Below, one piece after another: positions 55,531 to 64,000 of a stretch of 64,000 nt of DNA (its first letter is position 1; each line of letters begins with the position of its first letter). The stretch is from Octopus vulgaris. Lineage: Eukaryota. The stretch covers positions 29,760,001 through 29,824,000 of the forward strand of contig OX597819.1 of the NCBI GenBank assembly GCA_951406725.2, given 5' to 3'. The notes beneath the pieces were generated by a model that saw only the letters and a list, made by a program, of their open reading frames with translations, was not told the origin of the DNA and did no database searches. Made by a program: the position numbers and the translations under genes.

Positions 55531-55843
55531 TTTCTAAGTATACACCCACACTTTTCATCATAATTGCTTCTTTTCTTGTCATTTCTGTTGAAGTTGTTCT
55601 TGTAACTGTTTTCATAGTTCACGTTTTTCTTATTTTTCTTTTCTTTGATTTCTTTCGTTTTTCTTTTATCTCCCAAGGGAATTCGTTGAAAAACTCTTTC
55701 ATTTACTTTCTTCGTTTCTTTTAAATTTATTTAGGGTTACACCCTCTTACCCTTTTCTTCGTCTGTCTTGTGGGCCGCTTAAATCCATGGGCTTCAGGGC
55801 ACCGCCACAGCTGACCCCCACCTCTCAGTGGGCCTCTCCGTGT

Positions 55844-55890
<47 letters not shown>

Positions 55891-56091
55891 TGTGTATGTA
55901 AGTGTTTATGTGTGTTTGCAAGTGAACTCTTCCCGATTGAACTATCTTCGAAAAAACGCTCTCAAAAAGAGAATACTTATTAAGATTTAACTCTACAAAA
56001 AATCTCTTAAATTGTGACGCCCGATTTATATTATGAAGATAATATTTATATTAATTCTTAAAACGTCCAAGATGTAAATTAATCCCAATAG

Positions 56092-56184
<93 letters not shown>

Positions 56185-56215
56185 GTATATATATATGTAT
56201 ATATATATGTATATA

Positions 56216-56258
<43 letters not shown>

Positions 56259-56546
56259 GTATATATATATGTATATATATATGTATATATATATATATGT
56301 ATATATATGTATATGTATATATGTATATATATGTATATGTATATATGTATATATATATGTATATGTATATATGTATATATATATGTATATATATATGTAT
56401 ATATATGTATGTATGTATATATGTAAATTCATCCCAATAACTATATATATATATATATATCTGACGCATTGTTTGCGCCGTTCTTGTTGCTGTGGTGGAC
56501 CATGTACACCGTACAAATATATAAACATACATTGATACACATCTAC

Positions 56547-56606
<60 letters not shown>

Positions 56607-56849
56607 CATACATACATACATACATACATACATACATACATACATACATACATGTATATGCATGACAGTTATTTCTAAATTCGGTATGTGGTGAGGCAAA
56701 TCGTTGCTGAACCCTTAATTACTTAGTATTACTTAAACCTTCCTTGAATGGGTCTTTTACATGCCGAACTCTACTTGGTGAAATTAATGATTATTTCTAA
56801 ATTAATTAATTTCACCCTTTATTATTGATATATTATATATGTATGTATG

Positions 56850-56905
<56 letters not shown>

Positions 56906-56939
56906 TACATGCATAGATACATACACACACACGCACATG

Positions 56940-56976
<37 letters not shown>

Positions 56977-57030
56977 ACATATATATATATATGTATATGT
57001 ATATATATATTTCTGTATCATTGGACGTTG

Positions 57031-58252
57031 TATCAGGTTGAGTAAAAAGTAAGCAACGTTTTGAACCATGAAGAATTTGTACTGGATTTTTGCAGAGTTA
57101 AAATAATTTTTTAAACCGTTTTGTGCAATTGTCTGATAATGCAGACATAACCTTGCATCAATAAATTAATATTGATTTTTTTTTCACCGTTGTTACAGTC
57201 ATCTGAAATGGAACTGGCAAAGCGCGATATTCGAGAAATTTTGTTATTCAACTTCAAAAAAGAACGTAAAGCAGCTGAAACTGCTCGCGATAACAACAAA
57301 ACGTTTGGTGAGGAAATGACCAGTGAGTGGTCAGCTCGAAGATGGTTTAAACGATTTCGCAATGGAGACCTGAGCTTTGAAGATCGTGAGCATAGTGGAC
57401 GTAAAAACTGTAAAACCACTCGCAAAAGAACTTGAAGTTAGCCAGAAAGCTGCCTGCAACCATTTGCATGAGATCGGAAAATCAAAAATGCTCAACAAAT
57501 GGATACTACATGATTTGAATGAAAATCAGAAAATGCGTAGATATGAATTTTGCTCATCGCTTCTCCGTAACCAGACCGATTCATTTTGCGACCGTTTTGT
57601 AACTTGTGATGAAAAGTGGATTTTGTACAATAATAAAAAACGTTCTTTGCAGTGAAAATGAAGTATTGAAAACATTCTCTAATCCGAGCTCCTCAAAAAG
57701 AAGGTTATGGTGACTGTTGTGTTTGGTGTTATACTGCTGGACTCATCCTCTATAACTTCTTAAAACACGGAAAAACCATTATTGCAGAAACATATTGCCA
57801 TGAAATTGCCGAAATGAACGAAAAACTGCTACTCCCCCGTTCCAGACCGGTCAATAGAAGAGGGCCAACCATTCTTCATGGCAATGCTCGACCACATGTT
57901 TCCCTAATGACGCTCCAAAAGTCGGGGGAACTTGACTACGAATTTCTTCTCCACCCACCTTATTCCTCAGACTGTTCTCTTACCGACTACCATTTTTTCA
58001 AGCGCCCTAATGGTTTACTGCGAGTGAAGGTGTTCAAAAATCAAATCGATGCTAGAAGTACATTCAAAGAGTTCATCAGTTCTAGAACTCCAGGTTTTTA
58101 TGTTACCGGAATAAATGAACTTATAACTCGTGGACAAAAATGTGCTGATTGTAATGGTACTGACTTTGATGAATAAAATTTCCGCATTGTTGAAATATAT
58201 AATGATGAATTTCATTTTTCAAACTGTTGCTTACTTTTTACTCAGCCTGTTA
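57031..58252 (+). mobile_element. Full-length inactivated mariner (DD34D); transposase relic 57208-58176
   Basis: TIRs CAGGTTGAGTAAAAAGTAAGCAAC / GTTGCTTACTTTTTACTCAGCCTG. Motifs WFKRFRNGD, KWILHDL, VTCDEKWILY, HGNARPH, HPPYSSDCSLTDY; frameshifts and stops. Confidence 0.92.
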
Positions 58253-58390
58253 TATCGCGAAAACTATGTGTTCTCTGAAAGAAGTTGAGAACGAATTCTA
58301 TTACAGTGAGTTACTGACGAACGCACCCTGTGATTTTCACTGCCAGAAACACAATGTATCAGTGAATATAGTATGTGTAACGAACGATGC

Positions 58391-59579
58391 TATTAGGCTC
58401 TTTCACATGAAATGTCGCATTTTTAATTACTTGTTATTTCAGTCACTTAAAAACTCAATTATGTATACCTTGCATCTAATCTTGACTCTTTTTCTTTTCC
58501 AACAATATTGGTATACAAAATTCGTACCCACAGACCTTATGAAAATGATAACAACCAAACTATGTTGAGTGATTTTCTCGTATGAGTAGATACTGGGTTA
58601 CTCCACCGCAGACGCTCTACGGAATATCAAGCAGACCTTTGGTAATAGTTTTGTTGACATCAGAACTGTTTAGAAATGGTTCCAAAGCTCTCGTTCAGGA
58701 GATGATAGCCTTGAAAATAAACCAAGGGGTAGGCCAAAATCAGTTATTCGGCATGATGGATTAAATGCTTTGGTTGAACAAAATCCGAGAACAAAGGTTC
58801 GAAAACTTCCACCAGAACTCCAAACATCTCACGCAACTGTATTTGGATACCTGTAAAAAACTGGAAAGAGGCAAGAAAACAGATAGTGCTTTCTCAACTG
58901 GAAAAGACCATTTTTGCATCAAATCATTACTTGTGATAAGAACTGGATACTCTTTGACCACAGCAGAACAGGACAGTGATTAGATGCAGGAGAGTCACCT
59001 AAACACTACCCAAACTCACCATTGCATCCTAAACAGTTAGTGGTCACTGTATGGTGGTCTGCAAAGCGAGTTATTCATTGTTCATTTTTGCAACAAGGAA
59101 ACACGATAACAGCAACATCGTATTGCCAGGAAATTGATTGTATGCATGAGAATTTGAAAAAGAAGCAGCCCAGACTGGTGAATAGAGATGGCCCAATTTT
59201 GCTCCATGACAATACACGTCCTCAGACTCCCCAAGCTACGGTCCAAAAGTTACAAATCCTGAATTATGAGATTTTGCAACATTCTCCCTATTCCCCTGAT
59301 ATCTCTCCTACTGATCATCACTTATATAAGCATTTGGAGCTTTTCATAAGCAATAAAACATTTTTTAATAGAGAAGAGGTAATTGAAGCATTCGGACAGT
59401 TTATCATAGCAAAAGATGAATTTTAAAAAAAAAGATGGAATATGTAACAGAGAAACGTTGGGTAAACGTCATAAATTAATTTGGATCATACTTTGATTAA
59501 AGAAATCAGTTCGCTAACACTTCTGAAACATTTTCTTGTTACTTCACAAATACGTAATTTAATGGGAAACAACCTAATA
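58391..59579 (+). mobile_element. Second, more degraded mariner
   Basis: TATTAGG...CCTAATA termini; HPKQLVVTVWW, LLHDNTRPQ, HSPYSPDISPTDHHL. Confidence 0.85.
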
Positions 59580-61227
59580 TTATTCACAAATTCTAATATA
59601 AAGCTAAAAAATGAACTAGTAGTATCAGGGAAATTCCACAGATTTTTCAAAACTACAAGACTGTTGGAAGTTCATAGAGAGCTATAAGATGCAAAACTTT
59701 TTAAAATGAATTATTTCTTAAAGTACTGACAGTTTAGTCTTATAGGAGAGAATATCTTTGAAAACTCTATTCTTTGTTAAATGCGTGTGACCTATGCTAT
59801 CTAGAGTGTTGTAATGTATTATTCTATTTATGTGTCAAGAAGTTAACATACTCCAGAAAGATCTAAAAGAATATTTGTCCATGAGAAAATAATAGTCCTC
59901 TTTGCCCTTCCGTTGTGACAATGTGAAAAAATTATCTGAAATGTGTGAGAAGAATAATGAATATAAAAAAATCACTTTGAATAATGTTAAATACGGAACA
60001 ACATCGAAGACATTATCTAGCTTCACTACAATTCTACTGCTGTACGTCTGTTTAACAAGGTTTTAACAAAACTTAAAAGTCTATACTACATCCTTACTTT
60101 CAGATAAAAGAGTCGTGCGCATTGTTGGACTTGAAGCAAGAGTCTCAGCGCACGAAATACAATAGTTACCTCACCGAAAAGTGGTTCTTCAAAATATAAT
60201 TATTAATGCATACACATACACGTACGAGCGCGCGCACACACACACACTTAACTTAAAATATTTCCCTGCCAACTGTTGCCTTATTAATTAATATGGCTGT
60301 AATAGATTGTCTTCGATTTTCATTAGTAGTTTATGAATAATATGTGTTCAAGAGTCTCTTCGGTTTTATGACAATTTTAAGCATTACATATCTAAATCGT
60401 AGCGGAATAACGAAAACATATATAATCCGTTTAAATTTGTGTTCGCTTTGTTTTATTTTGTATTTATTTCACAGGTTTTACTTACACATAGATCAGAAAG
60501 ATAACGAAAGTATTTAGAAATGTTCAGCAATATCTATAAAACAAAATTCTTAATTATAGTGTACATGTTGATAATAACAGATTAAGACCGCTTCACAAAA
60601 TATAGTTATCCAACAAAAATACCAGTTCTTAAAAGAACTCGAAATAGTCTTTCATAATGATAGAGTTCCATCAAGTGTGGAAATATATGGAAAAAAAAAA
60701 TGGTTTCGTATTTGTATTTTCTTCCACGAATGTGGCCCGATGAATTTTTTCTTCATCAATTATACATTGATATCTTACGATTGATCATGCCATTGCACAA
60801 GCAAGTTACGTTCGTGGACACTAACAGTAAAAACAAAAGCAGAAATAGAAACAGTGTATCCTACAAAAGTATATTCTTTTCACGCCGGGACGGTATTGCT
60901 GCTCACATATGCGTCATATACTGCATCAAAAAAAGGGTCATCTGACTGATTGGCCTACATACATCCACAGGCATGCTCCAGCCTTAACCCTACAAGTGTA
61001 CTTTCTAGCCGTAGCGATACCTGTAGACCAAATACTTCTGGGTAATTTCCCTTCCTCATTACAGGACAACCGTTGGCTAGAGATAGCAATATATTCTTTT
61101 AATGCGACCTGTGTGTATTTAGGCTCGTCTTTATGATAGTTATGATATTTAAGTGTTTTCACTATGTGTGTATATATATATATATATATACACGCATGCA
61201 TACAGACACACACAAACAAACACACAT

Positions 61228-61280
<53 letters not shown>

Positions 61281-61368
61281 CACACGCATGTATATGAAAA
61301 GTATAGCAAATAAAGAAGACAAAGGACTTTTAGCAATGCAGAAAGTGTAAGGTAAGTAACCGTTATAT

Positions 61369-61749
61369 GGAAGCACTCCGTCGGTTACGACGACGAGGGT
61401 TCCGGTTGATCCGAATCAACGGAACAGCCTGCTCGTGAAATTAACGTGTAAGTGGCTGAGCACTCCACAGACACGTGTACCCTTAATGTAGTTCTCGGGG
61501 ATATTCAGCGTGACACAGAGAGTGACAAGGCCGGTCCTTTGAAATACAGGTACAACAGAAACAGGAAGTAAGAGTGAGAGAAAGTTGTGATGAAAGAGTA
61601 CAGCAGGGATCACCACCATCCCCTGCCGGAGCCTCGTGGAGCTTTAGGTGTTTTCGCTCAAAAAACACTCACAACGCCCGGTCTGGGAATCGAAACCGCG
61701 ATCCTATGACCGCGAGTCCGCTGCCCTAACCACTGGGCCATTGCGCCTC
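61369..61749 (-). mobile_element. tRNA-derived SINE with 11-bp TSD
   Basis: TSD AACCGTTATAT at 61358 and 61750; head shared with 11342-11643 but a different 3' tail. Confidence 0.88.
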
Positions 61750-62869
61750 AACCGTTATATATTTCATGTACAAAAGTCCATCAGAAGCGGATGGTGTAGA
61801 AATGTAATTTTGCATAGAACCGATATTGATGGTCGTACGGGTAGTGACCCTTGCTTTATCTGGTGAATATGAAAGTAGCAGCAGTCTCCAGAAATGTTAT
61901 TGCCGGTAACCGTAGAGGTCATAATGGAGGCAGTGATGGATGGCTAGCTGTAGGTTGGCAACCGTGATGAAGATAACTGTCTACATTGGTACTGGTGGTG
62001 AAGGTGGCTGATATCGTAGCAGTAGTAGTTGGTGCTGAGCTGATAGTGTGTTTACGTCCCCGTTTCGTAGCGGTTCGGCAAAAGAGAACGATAGAATGAG
62101 TACTAGGCTTTAAGAAATAAGCATTGGTGTCGATTCGATCAACTAAAATTTTTCAAGGCTTTGCCCCAACATGGCCGCAGTCTGACGACAAAGCGAGTTA
62201 AAAGGTTAAAGATACGTAAGTGTGAGTATGTGTGTGAGTGTGTGTGTGTGTGAGTGTGTGTGTGTGTGTGTGTGTGAGTGTGTGGTGTGTGTGTGTGTAT
62301 TATTTCATGAATCTGTTCCAGCAGAGCTGATAAACATTCTTAAGAAAGCCTCAACGAAAAATTATTCATAAGTTTGTGAGAAAGCGCTGAAGCAAAAAAC
62401 CTTGGTTGTTATTCACGCAGGCAGTTGAGTTCGCGAGTGAAGCCATTTCACTTCAATTACGTTGTTAATGCCTTTTGAGGGAGACAAAATCACATGATTT
62501 TTATTTTCTGTACTTCCAAAACATTCAGGATTCTTTCATTTTCTTTTAGCTGTTTTTGTCTTGAACAATTAATTATTTTCTTTCATTCACACTGATCCAG
62601 TTCTGTAATTAACAGGCGTAAACGATCATTGCCAAACCGACTCTCAGGCTGCAAGCAAAACAATTTCAAAATTCCTTTCGTATAATTATAAAGGTAATTG
62701 TAATTTGAATCAAACAGATCTCCGTTTGGTTTGCATTCTAAGAATTTTCAAATAATGTGCAAAAATTTTGCTTAAATAATTTACGTGTCCCCTATTTCTT
62801 TTATAGGTCATCCAACTATTTTTCTATTATTTGAAACTTCCACTTCAATGATTTCATTTTTTGCGCCAC

Positions 62870-63940
62870 TGCCGCGTGGCTTAGTGGTTAGAATATTCTG
62901 CTCACGATCACAAAGTCGTGAGTTCGATTCCTGAAGGCATGTTACGTCCTTGGGCAAAACATTTTATTTCACTTTGCTCCAGTCCACTCAGCTGAGTTGT
63001 AGTTTTAATTGAAAAGGCCAGCTTTGCCACATTTTGAGTTGCGCTGAAACTCTCTGAGAACTATGTTAAGGGTGTGCGTGTTTATAGAGTGCTCAGCCAC
63101 TTACACATTAATTCCCCGAGTAGGCTATTCCATTGATCGGGACATTTGGAACCCACGTTGTCGTAACCGACGGAGTGTCAGTTTTTTTATGGCAAGTATT
63201 TGTTTTATCGACCTTAAGAATTCTAGCAATGGTTGAACTCAAAACCTAATACTGTTCGATATTTGGCGGCTATTCCATTGTCTCTGAAAAAAACTCTTAA
63301 CTTTGAATTTTACTATCATATTGGGGAGACGCGTGGCTTAGTAGTTAGGGCATTCGACTCACGATTGTAAAGTCGGGAATTCAATTCCCGGCGACGCGTT
63401 GTGTCCTTGAGCAAGACACTTAATTTCACGTTGCTCAAGTTCACTCAGCCGACAAAAATGAGTTGCACCTGTATTTCAAAGAACCAGCCTTGTCACGGTT
63501 AATTTCACGAACAAGCTGCTCCGCTGATCGTATCAGCTGGGACCCTCGTCTCGTTACCGACGGAATGCTCCTTTTGTGGTTAGGGCAGCAGACTCGCGGT
63601 CACAGGATCGCAGTTTCGATTCCCAGACTGGGCGCTATGAGTTTTATTGAGCGAAAACATCTGAAGCTCCACAAGGTTCAGGCAGCGGATGGTGGCGAAC
63701 CCTGCTGTATTCTTTCACCACAACTTTCTCTCATTCTTTCTTCTTGTTTCTGTTGTACCTGTATTTCAAAGGGCCAGCCTTGTCACATTCTGTGTCACGC
63801 TGAATCTCCCCGAGAACTACATTAAGGGTACACGTGTCTGCGGAGTGCTCAGCCACTTGCATGTTAATTTCTCAAGTAGGTTGTTCCGTTGATCGGACCA
63901 ACTGGAACCCTCGTTGTCGTAACCGATGGTGTGCCACGAC
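62870..63940 (+). mobile_element. Cluster of three co-oriented SINE copies (about 62870-63180, 63323-63570, 63575-63940)
   Basis: tRNA-like heads (GCGTGGCTTAGTGGTTAG..GTTCGATTCC) and a shared 3' end GTCGTAACCGACGGAGTG. Confidence 0.8.
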
Positions 63941-64000
63941 TATCATATTAAAAAGAAGAGTTTTGACTCAATAGTTCCCCACCCATCACCGCAAAAGTCA

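Overview
This is eukaryotic, AT-rich, microsatellite-dense DNA made almost entirely of repeats. The SINE families (tRNA-like heads, an internal (TA)n/(TG)n tract, (AGTAAAAG)n tails) point to an Octopus (cephalopod) intron or intergenic region; this assignment is pattern recognition, not a database result. No host gene is confidently recognisable, only a few minus-strand exon-like islands. Transposon content: a near full 5' half of an APE-type LINE with a CCCH ORF1, a 5'-truncated but uninterrupted Penelope-like (RT + GIY-YIG) ORF, two further Penelope fragments, RTE/CR1/RLE-type LINE ends, two Helitrons, three mariners, Tigger, Sola2, hAT, several MITEs with clear TSDs, a solo LTR and many SINEs. 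The most notable unannotated signal is a set of about 9-11 type I hammerhead ribozyme motifs with largely unrelated helix sequences in 64 kb. They lie in short Penelope pseudo-LTR/retrozyme-like modules that typically end in (TA)n tracts. Most have palindromic or absent helix III, several have long helix II insertions, and some recur as core-less inverted copies. All structures were read by eye and none were computed.
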